A stretch of DNA of 64,000 nucleotides from NCBI GenBank assembly GCA_963733195.1, contig CAVTCR010000073.1, positions 160,001-224,000 on the forward strand, given 5' to 3'. Under the pieces are notes generated by a model. That model was given only the letters and a program-made list of their open reading frames with translations. It made no database searches and had not been told where the DNA came from. Source of the stretch: an uncultured delta proteobacterium (GTDB lineage: Bacteria > Desulfobacterota > Binatia > Bin18). This document shows, piece after piece, positions 53,659 to 62,476 of the stretch; within the stretch, counting starts at the first letter, position 1, and each line of letters starts with the position of its first letter. A program made the translations under genes and the position numbers.

Positions 53659-54873
53659 TCAATCTACATCTTTTGCGCAGCGGAACCCAGAAAATATAGC
53701 CCGCATCCCTGGATGATACCAATTACGAAACGTTGGACGTCGTACGTGTTCTCGTGTCACCCATGACCCCCCACGTAAGACGCGGTGGTGCTGGTCGAAG
53801 TACGGCACTGAATAACCCTCGTAGGGATGTGCACGAAAGCCCGGATAGGGGTGAAACCATGTTGTGGTCCACTCCCATGCGTGACCTACGCCACTCAGCC
53901 TGTCACTGACTGCTGCATACTCCCATTCTGTCTCGGTTGGCAGTCGCTTCCCGACCCAACGAGCATACGCATCAGCCTCATACCAACTTACACACCGTAC
54001 CGGCTGCTCTAACGCCAACGGGTACGCCTGGGCAAAGTCTAGTTCAACCCAGTGTCCAACGGTGATCTCTCGCCAGTACAGCGGATGACGAATCGCCTGC
54101 TGTTGGCACCATTGCCAGCCGTCCGCACTCCAGCATGATGGATCTTCATATCCCCCCCTCTCGATGAAACGAAGAAATTCACCGTTAGTGACCGGCCAGC
54201 GATCGATACTGAACGCCGGCACTCTCACTTCATGTCGAGGGTGTTCATTATCCAATGTCTCTCCGATATCGTCGCTGCCCATGAAGGTAATTCCTTCGGA
54301 CAAGCGACTCATCTCCCTTGAAGATTGAATCCCCACAATTCGACAAGCGGCCGGAGAATATTGCTGACGGATGTGTTCGCCCCACATCGTATCATCAGCG
54401 AAGCGACGGGCAGACTCGTAATGGGCTGCGCCAAGGAGTTGAAGGATCACCAGCATCGTTTCAAGATGTTGCTCTTCGTGCTGCAAAAGCATAGAGAAGA
54501 TATTGCCGTCGCGCAGCAATGGATGTTCGGTGTGAAAAGTGGTTTGCGCTAGAAACCGCAAAGTTTGTTCCCGTACAGTGTTCAGATACGTCAGCAGCTC
54601 TTCCCGCGCGGGCAGCTGACTTCGTTCCGCCTTCGGATTCTCTGTTGGCGTAAAAAAGAAGTCGTAGGCAGGAGACAGCGAGGGTTGCCGTTGACACTGT
54701 TGGCGGACCCAGAACGACTCGACGACGCCGATATGCCCAAGATGCCAGCCGAGCGGACTAAAATCGGAGTGCATTTGCCGGCGAAAGTCATGGTCATCGA
54801 CGACAGCAATGAGATGCAGGGTGTGGGTTCGCGCCTCTTCCAACGCGTGTGTGTATTCCATCGGAGTCCGCAT
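53659..54873 (-). CDS. egtB: Sulfoxide synthase EgtB (DinB + FGE-sulfatase fold, non-heme iron)
   Basis: SPLGWHLGH, QHEEQHLETML, PVTNGEF, VSWYEADAYARW.GKRLPTE.EWE, WEWT, PYEGYS.PYF, FRNWYHP..R.IFSGFRCA; start placed at MRTPME. Confidence 0.9.
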   Translation of the reverse strand: MRTPMEYTHALEEARTHTLHLIAVVDDHDFRRQMHSDFSPLGWHLGHIGVVESFWVRQQCQRQPSLSPAYDFFFTPTENPKAERSQLPAREELLTYLNTVREQTLRFLAQTTFHTEHPLLRDGNIFSMLLQHEEQHLETMLVILQLLGAAHYESARRFADDTMWGEHIRQQYSPAACRIVGIQSSREMSRLSEGITFMGSDDIGETLDNEHPRHEVRVPAFSIDRWPVTNGEFLRFIERGGYEDPSCWSADGWQWCQQQAIRHPLYWREITVGHWVELDFAQAYPLALEQPVRCVSWYEADAYARWVGKRLPTETEWEYAAVSDRLSGVGHAWEWTTTWFHPYPGFRAHPYEGYSVPYFDQHHRVLRGGSWVTREHVRRPTFRNWYHPGMRAIFSGFRCAKDVD

Positions 54874-54884
54874 GTCGTTTCTGC

Positions 54885-55694
54885 TCACGATACGGTTAAC
54901 GGTGCCATCTGCATGTGCAAATCGGCAGTGAACGCCACGATGCAGTTCTCCGGCACCGCACTCCACTGCACATGCTGAGACAATCGTTCCGATGCAACCA
55001 CTGCCGCGTCGGGAAACATTGCCGAGCGCTGTTGATAGTAAAGAGAGGGGGCAGGAACAGACGACGAGAAACGCGAGACGATAAGACATTCGCCATTTGT
55101 CACTGCCAGGTTCAGTGCGACGTGTAACCGTTGAGGCTCTGTCCACGCGTTTAATTGTTGAATGGTCGCGCGAAGCGCATCACTCATGGTTTGGGTTGTG
55201 ACTGGTTGTGCATGCAAAAAATTGAGAAACAAGGCAAAGATATGCTCTGAGTCAGTGACTCCCCCAATGGCACTGTAGTACTCGTCGTGCAAAGCCTCAC
55301 GGATACGGCGCATGACGGTTACACGGAAATTTTCAATATAACCGTTATGCATGAAGAGAAAGCGCTGATAGACAAACGGCTGACAGTTACTTTGGTCAAC
55401 CGCAAGGCCGGGCGTGGCGCTACGTACATTGGCAAAAATACAATCTGACGCAATGTGTTTGCTGAGTCCGGGCAGGTTCCGGTCGCTCCAGATGGGGGTG
55501 ATATTGGTGTAGACACAAGGTGTCGGATCGAGCACACGATTGTACCAGCCCACGCCAAAGCCATCGGCATTGACCACCCCAGAGGTCATTTCTATGGGGC
55601 GATAGCTCTGCACGACCAAGGAGTGCTCAGGCTCGCTCACCACACGCGCCAGGGGAATAGCCTGGCCAAGATACGCAACAAATCGGCACATCAC
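54885..55694 (-). CDS. egtC: Class II glutamine amidotransferase-like Ntn hydrolase EgtC
   Basis: MCRF..Y.G N-terminal nucleophile Cys, NADGFGVGWY, PIWSD.NL, VRSATPG, FMHNG, TDSEH.FAL, VASE.L. Confidence 0.92.
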   Translation of the reverse strand: MMCRFVAYLGQAIPLARVVSEPEHSLVVQSYRPIEMTSGVVNADGFGVGWYNRVLDPTPCVYTNITPIWSDRNLPGLSKHIASDCIFANVRSATPGLAVDQSNCQPFVYQRFLFMHNGYIENFRVTVMRRIREALHDEYYSAIGGVTDSEHIFALFLNFLHAQPVTTQTMSDALRATIQQLNAWTEPQRLHVALNLAVTNGECLIVSRFSSSVPAPSLYYQQRSAMFPDAAVVASERLSQHVQWSAVPENCIVAFTADLHMQMAPLTVS

Positions 55695-55695
55695 A

Positions 55696-56919
55696 TCACC
55701 ACGGTGAACAGTCAGGCCGTTTCAACAGCAAGCGACGGAGCCGTTCCGCTTCGGCGTGAATCTCTTCATAACTGCGGCCAAAGAGGTCGATTTGGGCCAG
55801 CACGGTCCCGAACTCACTGACCTGTTTGACTCGGTCGCCAGGCGACACATACAGTGACAATTGAGGTATTGTACGTACCTGCTCAAAGTCAAAAAGATGC
55901 TCGGCCCAATCTTCGCCAAAGGTAATAAAGTTGAATTGCCCACCGACAACTCCAGTAGCTGTCGAAGGTAAGACGAGCTGACGGCCACAGGCAAGCGCGA
56001 GACCAGCTTTGTACACACAAGACTCCAAACAGCGGCGATACAGGTTGTAAAAACAGGTAGCAGCACGTCCGTTAATTTCGGTCAACGTCACCGTGTCCCG
56101 ATGACACCAGAATTCTATGTTGAAAAATCCGCTATTCAACCCCACGTTACTAATGGCCTCCATCGCTCGTTTCGCTAAGAGCGCCTGGGTCTGCGGTGGA
56201 TGCTGCGACGGCAGCGAGAAATTATCGATCACACGCGAGCCAGCGTAGGTATTAGTATCGGTAATCGCCCAGATATACGGCTTGTTATCACTCACCCACC
56301 CTTCGACGGTCACTTGTGGTCCATCGACGAATTCCTCCACTAACATGATGTCACGTGCGGCGAGCGGATACTTCTGGGTATCAATGTACCGACGAAAGAA
56401 CGGAAAGTAGAGCGGTGACCAGGCACCATACTCTCGTCGGGCAATGGTTAATGCCCGCTGCAGATCATCGGGAGATTCGAGCTTGAATCCCAGGATGCCG
56501 AGATTCAGCCACGGTGGTTTGATGTAGCAAGGGTAGGCGGGAACAGCAGGATTCTCGGCATGGAGATCGATAGCAGTGCAACGAACCGGTGACGACTCGG
56601 TCAGGCGTGAATAGTATTTATGCAAGCAAAGAAACACCGACTCTACACTCGGACCACGGAAGCCAAACTCTTCACACAGAACCGCGGCGACAATATCGGC
56701 GACATCGCGCGAGTAAAAAACCGCGTCAATATGATGCGTACGGACATATTCACGACACTGGTCAACATAGGCCAGCAGATCGAGTTCTGGGGAAGGTGTT
56801 CGCGGGTTGAGCTTGGCGTCGAGCAGATGAAAACGGTATCCTTCGATGGCTGCTAACGCGTTGCGGTCTCGCTGTGATGGACAGGTCACTAACACATCCA
56901 TAGCATTCTCTTTCTTCAT
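55696..56919 (-). CDS. ATP-grasp ligase of unknown specificity, first gene of the egt operon
   Basis: HKYYSR, YPCYIKP, MLVEEFVDGPQVTVEG, FFNIEF, EINGR. Confidence 0.85.
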   Translation of the reverse strand: MKKENAMDVLVTCPSQRDRNALAAIEGYRFHLLDAKLNPRTPSPELDLLAYVDQCREYVRTHHIDAVFYSRDVADIVAAVLCEEFGFRGPSVESVFLCLHKYYSRLTESSPVRCTAIDLHAENPAVPAYPCYIKPPWLNLGILGFKLESPDDLQRALTIARREYGAWSPLYFPFFRRYIDTQKYPLAARDIMLVEEFVDGPQVTVEGWVSDNKPYIWAITDTNTYAGSRVIDNFSLPSQHPPQTQALLAKRAMEAISNVGLNSGFFNIEFWCHRDTVTLTEINGRAATCFYNLYRRCLESCVYKAGLALACGRQLVLPSTATGVVGGQFNFITFGEDWAEHLFDFEQVRTIPQLSLYVSPGDRVKQVSEFGTVLAQIDLFGRSYEEIHAEAERLRRLLLKRPDCSPW

Positions 56920-56998
56920 TCCCTTTTGCCTTTCCGCCTCCTACACGGTATACCCACGTATAGCAATTACCTTAACTCGTCCGGAGAAGGAGGACATT

Positions 56999-57574
56999 AT
57001 GCTTCTGTATCTCGATACCAAACGCGCACCGAATCCCCGCAAGATGCGAGTATACCTCGCTGAGAAAGGCCTCCAGCTTCCCATCAAGGAACTTGATCTG
57101 CGTGCTGGGGAGCAGCGGACTCCCGAGTTTCGCCACAAGAATCCCTTCGCTGGCGTGCCAATCTTGGAATTAGACGACGGCACGGTGATCGCCGAATCAC
57201 TCGCTATCATTGAATACTTGGAAGAGCTGTACCCAGAACCCCCATTACTGGGACACACACCGGTACAACGTGCCCTCGTTCGCATGTGGGACCGACGCTG
57301 TGAGATTGGGGTTTACCTTGCGGCGTCGCGCATGGTCTTGTCGCAAGGGGAAGTCTCAGCGCAAGCGCGGCAGACACTCTTGGCACGGCTCGCGTTGATC
57401 AATAATGGACTTCAGGGCAAGGAATGGCTCGTTGGTCCGCTCTCCCTGGCGGATATCACGCTATTCATCGGCCTTGAAACCGCCCATCACGGTGAGTTTA
57501 CACTCGATCCAGCCTGGACCAATCTCCAGCGCTGGTATGCCGCTATGAAAGCACGTCCGAGTGCGTCAGCATAA
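56999..57574 (+). CDS. Glutathione S-transferase family protein
   Basis: APNPRK.R.YLAEKG, NPFAGVPILELDDGTVIAES.AI.EYLEE, SLADI; AGGAGG RBS. Confidence 0.93.
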   Translation: MLLYLDTKRAPNPRKMRVYLAEKGLQLPIKELDLRAGEQRTPEFRHKNPFAGVPILELDDGTVIAESLAIIEYLEELYPEPPLLGHTPVQRALVRMWDRRCEIGVYLAASRMVLSQGEVSAQARQTLLARLALINNGLQGKEWLVGPLSLADITLFIGLETAHHGEFTLDPAWTNLQRWYAAMKARPSASA

Positions 57575-58844
57575 CGCTCTGCACGCGCGTTCGTTGCTTT
57601 CGTTCATGTTCTCTTTGCTTTCGACATCGCTTCCGGTGGGGCAACCTGACGTTCGACGACTTGCGTCGTTCTTCGGTGTTGCCTATTTCATCCAGGGTTT
57701 CGCCGATCTGTCTTCTGGTCTCACCCGTCAACCAGTGCAGTATCTGTTGAAAGAGCAACTCCAGCTCTCGGCTGTTGACTCAGGAGCCTTTTGGGCAATC
57801 GTCGGGCTTGGGTGGACGCTGAAACCCCTCTACGGCTTTCTCTCTGATAGTGTTCCTTTCGCTGGCTATCGTCGTAAAAGTTACCTCGTACTGATGGCGC
57901 TGGTCGGTACCTTCGGCTGGCTAATGCTTGCGCGTTTTTCTTCTTCATACACAACTTTATTGTGTGTTCTCACCCTGTGTGCAGCGTCCTTGGCGTTTAC
58001 TGATGTCATAACCGACGCTTTGATGGTGGAAACTGGCCGCCCACTACGGCTCACCGGTAGTTTTCAGGCGATTCAATGGGCCTCGTTGAGTTTCGCACTG
58101 ATTCTAGCGCAATTTCTCGGTGGGTATCTGGCCGCGTACGTGTCAGTGCAAAATGTGTTCTTGCTCACTGCTGGTTTTCCTCTCGCCCTTATAATTGTTA
58201 CCTTCAGTCTGGTACATGAGCCGCCAGTTGCCAGCTCGCAAGTTACTTTTACTGATACGCTTTCCACCCTTCGTCATGCGACCCATACACGTATGCTCTG
58301 GACCAGCGTTGCGTTTCTCTTTCTGTGGAACTTCAGCCCATCGTTTGGTACTCCGTTGTTGTACTATGAAACCGATGTGCTCAAGTTTTCCAAAGTCTTT
58401 ATTGGTACTCTGGGAGCAATTACACAGGTGGGAAGTGTCATTGGTGCTCTCCTTTTTTTGCTTTGTAGTCGTGCACTCCCGCTCCGTAAGTTACTGACCG
58501 TTGCTGTTGCACTTGGAGTGCTATCCACTCTCAGCTTCTTAGGCTTAGTTGGGCCACGTTCTGCAGTCGCTCTGTTTTTTTTCTCCGGCCTAATTAACCA
58601 GATCACGCACCTAGCAGTGCTGGACCTCGCCGCCCGTACGTGTCCAGTGCGCGCAGCAGGCACGGTGTTTGCGCTGCTAATGTCGACTCTGAATCTCGGG
58701 GCAAGTAGCGGCGGTGTCTTCGGCGGTTGGCTTTATGAGTCCGCAGGCTTCCCTCCGCTGATACTCATCAGCGCGCTGGGAACCGCACTGTGTTGGTTGA
58801 TCGTTCCATTCGTGCGCGAGCCGCATAATGAGTTGCAGGGATAG
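57561..58844 (+). CDS. MFS transporter, BT1 folate/biopterin-like (start may be 57606)
   Basis: YFIQG, WTLKPLYGFLSD.VP..GYRRKSY, DVITDALMVE, ARTCP....GTVFALLMS. Confidence 0.85.
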   Translation: MRQHNALHARSLLSFMFSLLSTSLPVGQPDVRRLASFFGVAYFIQGFADLSSGLTRQPVQYLLKEQLQLSAVDSGAFWAIVGLGWTLKPLYGFLSDSVPFAGYRRKSYLVLMALVGTFGWLMLARFSSSYTTLLCVLTLCAASLAFTDVITDALMVETGRPLRLTGSFQAIQWASLSFALILAQFLGGYLAAYVSVQNVFLLTAGFPLALIIVTFSLVHEPPVASSQVTFTDTLSTLRHATHTRMLWTSVAFLFLWNFSPSFGTPLLYYETDVLKFSKVFIGTLGAITQVGSVIGALLFLLCSRALPLRKLLTVAVALGVLSTLSFLGLVGPRSAVALFFFSGLINQITHLAVLDLAARTCPVRAAGTVFALLMSTLNLGASSGGVFGGWLYESAGFPPLILISALGTALCWLIVPFVREPHNELQG

Positions 58845-58860
58845 AAGCGTCTCACTCAAG

Positions 58861-59032
58861 CTAAGCCAGAAAGCATGACATTCGTACACTTGACAATGCA
58901 ACTCCCCAGCCATGTCATTCTGAGCCCTTCGACTTCGCTCAGGATGAGCTCCGCGAAGAATCGCCCTGAGAAACCCTTCACCTCGTTCAGGGGAACGACT
59001 CTAGTGTACCGATCTCTTGAAGTCTGATTTAG
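58861..59032. mobile_element. MITE-like element, copy 3 (172 bp)
   Basis: Ends CTAAGCCAGAAAGCATGACATTCGTACAC / GTGTACCGATCTCTTGAAGTCTGATTTAG; inner hairpins as in copy 2 plus one insertion. Confidence 0.7.
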
Positions 59033-59328
59033 GAGGTCATCTAGTGTACTGCAGGTGGTTTGTTGTCGGAGGCATGCAATGTTTCCTGAGTGACCTGCTG
59101 ACAGAGATGTAGTGCGGACTGATATCGGGATATACCGCCAGTGAGATGTATCACGATATCCCGCGGGCTGATATTTAGATATACCGCTAAATTGGCAGTG
59201 TTTCCTGTTGAGAAAAGGCTTGACACAATGGGTGAAACGAGAGGATATTGCGAGAGGTTTTCTGGGGAGAGGGAGACTTTCAATATCGGGATATACTGCT
59301 GGTGAGGTGGCAGTAAACTCACTAATTA

Positions 59329-59502
59329 CTCAAAGTTGACAGGATGACCAACTGTGATTCTCTCGAAAGGCCGTTTTTTGCTGTCTAGACGGCCAACAGA
59401 GAACCGAAAACAGCGGTTACCGTATTGGGCTGATCTATCTTGTAAGCCTTTGAAAACAAATGAGAAACACACCGTCAATCGTCCCAACCTGTCAACTTTG
59501 AG
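59329..59502. mobile_element. 174-bp non-coding MITE with perfect 15-bp TIRs and 6-bp target duplication
   Basis: CTCAAAGTTGACAGG / CCTGTCAACTTTGAG; TAATTA at 59323-28 and 59503-08. Confidence 0.8.
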
Positions 59503-59641
59503 TAATTAGACACTCAAACAAAAAGTGCAGAGTCCTTTGGTCACCTTATCAAATCTGTTTTGACAAGAATCAGCCCAGTGTGAGAAGGATTGACCAAAAA
59601 CAAAAACCCTCTCGGACAGTAATCAATCGAAGAGCGTCAAG

Positions 59642-60844
59642 ATGGCAGACAGAGAAGAATACGCGTTGTGGTTGAAGGTATTAACAACACTCAATGAGTC
59701 TCAGGCTCGGTGGTATGTAGCGCAAAAAGCAATTGAGTGGGGCTGGGGAGGAATTCGAAAAGCACAAGCGCTGACTGGAATGTCCCACAAGACGATTATG
59801 AGAGGAATGCAAGAATTAAAACGTTCGGAGAGCTTAGGCGATCCTGGACGGGTGCGTCTGCCAGGAGGTGGCCGCAAAATGGTGGAGGACAAGTTTCCAG
59901 GGATGGAGGCGGCTTTGGAACAGATGCTTGCCCATGAGATAGCGGGAGACCCGATGACCCACCAAAGATGGGTACGAAGCAGTTTGCGGCAACTGAGTGG
60001 AAAGCTAAAAGAAGCAGGTTATCAAGCAAGTACAATGACCGTGGGTCGACTGCTTAGGAAGCAGGGATTTTCCTTGAAGAAGAATAAGCGGAAGGAGTTT
60101 AGGCCAGAGTGCTCGGTGCGAGATGAGCAGTTTCAATATATCGCGTCGCAGCGACAAGCTTTTAGTGCCGCAGAGCTACCGATTGTGAGTGTTGATACGA
60201 AGAAGAAAGAACTAATCGGGAATTTTATGCGCGATGGCAAAACGTGGTGTAAGGAAGCTGTGGAAGTCCACGCGCACGATTTCCCGAGTTTGGCAGCCTG
60301 TCGAGCCGTTCCTTATGGCGTCTATGACGTGACAAGGAACGCGGGCTATGTATTTGTTGGTACCTCAGCAGACACGCCAGAGTTTGCAGTTGATGCTCTT
60401 GTCCGCTGGTGGAAGGACTATGGCTGTGTAGCCTACCCAGGAGCAGCGCAGTTGCTCATTCTCGCTGATGGTGGAGGTTGCAATGGGTATCGCTCGCGAG
60501 CCTGGAAACATCAACTTCAGGAAAAAGTCAGCGACCAATTGGGACTCACAGTAACCGTGTGTCATTATCCACCGGGATGCTCAAAGTGGAATCCTATCGA
60601 GCACCGATTGTTCAGCTACATCAGTCTTAATTGGGCAGGCAGACCGTTGAGAACCTTGGAAATCATGCTCGGGTATATACGAGGAACAACCACGGCAACG
60701 GGTCTGAGCGTCAAGGCTTTTTTACAGAGAGGATCTTACAAAAAGGGACAGAAAGTGACAGCAGAGAGTATGAACCGTCTTTCTCTTCGCGCTCACGCGA
60801 CATGTCCCGATTGGAATTACACAATCAATCCTCGCAATGACTGA
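59642..60844 (+). CDS. ISAzo13 family transposase
   Basis: LNESQAR, R.PGGGRK, GDPM, RDEQF.YI, SVDTKKKELIGNF, HDF, PYGVYD, DTPEFA, ADGGG.NG.R, PPGCSKWNPIEHRLFS.IS.NW.G.PL, WNYTI.P. Confidence 0.95.
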   Translation: MADREEYALWLKVLTTLNESQARWYVAQKAIEWGWGGIRKAQALTGMSHKTIMRGMQELKRSESLGDPGRVRLPGGGRKMVEDKFPGMEAALEQMLAHEIAGDPMTHQRWVRSSLRQLSGKLKEAGYQASTMTVGRLLRKQGFSLKKNKRKEFRPECSVRDEQFQYIASQRQAFSAAELPIVSVDTKKKELIGNFMRDGKTWCKEAVEVHAHDFPSLAACRAVPYGVYDVTRNAGYVFVGTSADTPEFAVDALVRWWKDYGCVAYPGAAQLLILADGGGCNGYRSRAWKHQLQEKVSDQLGLTVTVCHYPPGCSKWNPIEHRLFSYISLNWAGRPLRTLEIMLGYIRGTTTATGLSVKAFLQRGSYKKGQKVTAESMNRLSLRAHATCPDWNYTINPRND

Positions 60845-60907
60845 AGCGCTTTGGGAAAAGGATAGGACAGAAGAAAGATCAATTGAGAGGAGGTCCCGGA
60901 GTGAAGC

Positions 60908-61005
60908 GTCTAACCTTACGTTCCACCGCATCGCTGCCCGGTTGCGTTTCTGAATGAAGCCGAACAGTCGTGTCTTGGCGGCTCGCGTGAGTACGGACGT
61001 TAAGT
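60908..61005 (+). other. attC-like integron cassette recombination site (98 bp, solitary)
   Basis: R'' GTCTAAC (RYYYAAC) and R' GTTAAGT (GTTRRRY) bracket an imperfect palindrome; ATG follows 11 nt after R'. Confidence 0.65.
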
Positions 61006-61016
61006 CTTGTGGAATC

Positions 61017-61460
61017 ATGTGCTACGAAGTGTACATATCTACTGATAGCTGGGAAGACTTGACCACTCGGAATTCTGAACTCTTACGGTTTAAGAGAGTA
61101 GCCGATCCCAGCACCGACCCCGCCATTCTTCTCCTCGATTTCCCGAACCGCTGGTATGTAGGTTCGAAATCTGAATGTAGTTGCACTTTCCGACACCTTT
61201 ACTCTATTGAACTGGGGTTCGGAGAGCCCGTGGACTGGTATCCAGAAGAACAAGATGAACTTAATGCCACACGTGAACTCTACACAACCCTAACGTCTCT
61301 CCTGTCAGCCGGATACCATGTCGATCTGCTGGACCAGTGGCATGGTTCACAAGCTGAGGCCATCACGACGCTTGATGTATCACTGAGTGAGGTTTCAGAA
61401 CAGGCCTTTCGGCTGTTCGAGAATCATAAATTCAGATTGAATCTCGGGCGCAACCCTTGA
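61017..61460 (+). CDS. Hypothetical protein, probable gene cassette
   Basis: MCYEVYIST start right after attC; WYVGSKSECSCTFRH. Confidence 0.65.
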   Translation: MCYEVYISTDSWEDLTTRNSELLRFKRVADPSTDPAILLLDFPNRWYVGSKSECSCTFRHLYSIELGFGEPVDWYPEEQDELNATRELYTTLTSLLSAGYHVDLLDQWHGSQAEAITTLDVSLSEVSEQAFRLFENHKFRLNLGRNP

Positions 61461-61527
61461 CGACCGACCTCTAGACAGAGTAAGCCCTGCGAGCAAGTAT
61501 TGATCTTACTGACGGAGGGGAACTCGC

Positions 61528-62445
61528 ATGAAACTCTATCGTTCAATTTTATTCGTTCCTGGCAATCGTGCTGAGTGGATCGATAAAGCGCCTAAATACG
61601 GTCCCGATGCGCTGATCATCGACCTGGAAGATGCAGTGCCGATTGCCGAAAAAGCCGAGGCCCGCCCGATTGTTCGGGCTGGTATCGAACGCTCGCATAA
61701 GCGCGGTATGCCGATCGTCGTGCGTGTCAACGGTGTCGATACTGGTCTGACCGGTGAAGACATCGAAGCCGTCGTGGTTCCGGGGCTTGTTGCGGTTGCC
61801 GTGCCCAAACTGGAAAAAGTCGAAGAGATTCTTAAAGTCGATGCCTGGATTGAGCTCTTCGAACGGAAGGCTGGATTGCCGATTGGTTCGGTTGAAATCG
61901 TTGCCATCCCCGAGACCGCCAAAGGCATCATGAATGCGTATGAGCTGGTCAGTGCGTGTAAACGCATGGGCAATATCGTCGGTGGGGTCGGTGCACGCTC
62001 TGGTGATGTGACCAAAGCGATCGGTTATCGCTGGACACGGAGTGGTTTCGAGACATTCTATCTCGCATCACACGTTCTTCTTGGTGCCCGAGCGGCTGGC
62101 ATTGAGTATCCGCTAGCAGCAGGATCACTTGAAGTGAGTGATACTGAACTGGTGCGTTCGCAACTGCAACGGGTGCGTGAAATTGGTTATCGCGGTTCAT
62201 TGCTGATCCATCCCTCCGCCGTGCCGATTGCTAACGAAATCTTCGCCCCGTCCAAAGAAGAGATCGAGTGGAATAAAGGCGTGCTGAGAGCGATGGACGG
62301 AGCCGAGCGTGCTGGCAAGGCCGCGGTGACTTACGATGGTATGATGATCGATTACGCGCATGTCAGAAACGCGCTTGATCTGCTGCACCAAGCCGAATCA
62401 TTCGGGCTTGAAGTGGGTGAGTATCCAAATGTGAAAGCGTTGTGA
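61528..62445 (+). CDS. CitE/HpcH-HpaI family CoA-ester lyase
   Basis: RSILFVPGN, DALIIDLEDAV...K..AR, VRVNG, PK.E, ET..G, IHP, G.MIDYAH. Confidence 0.92.
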   Translation: MKLYRSILFVPGNRAEWIDKAPKYGPDALIIDLEDAVPIAEKAEARPIVRAGIERSHKRGMPIVVRVNGVDTGLTGEDIEAVVVPGLVAVAVPKLEKVEEILKVDAWIELFERKAGLPIGSVEIVAIPETAKGIMNAYELVSACKRMGNIVGGVGARSGDVTKAIGYRWTRSGFETFYLASHVLLGARAAGIEYPLAAGSLEVSDTELVRSQLQRVREIGYRGSLLIHPSAVPIANEIFAPSKEEIEWNKGVLRAMDGAERAGKAAVTYDGMMIDYAHVRNALDLLHQAESFGLEVGEYPNVKAL

Positions 62446-62476
62446 GGTAGGAGACGTGTTGCGTGATGCGTAACGC

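Noticed and set aside
53659-54873. EgtB homologue as selenoneine synthase SenA or ovothiol synthase OvoA
   Set aside because: No senB/senC (selD-like) neighbours and no C-terminal methyltransferase domain; egtC and egtD adjacency fits EgtB.
54874-55146. N-terminal extension of the 495-aa egtB ORF
   Set aside because: It overlaps egtC on the same strand in another frame; EgtB-like sequence begins near MRTPME (54873).
60954-61016. N-terminal extension of ORF 60954-61460
   Set aside because: It lies within the attC-like palindrome; ATG 61017 is the more plausible start.
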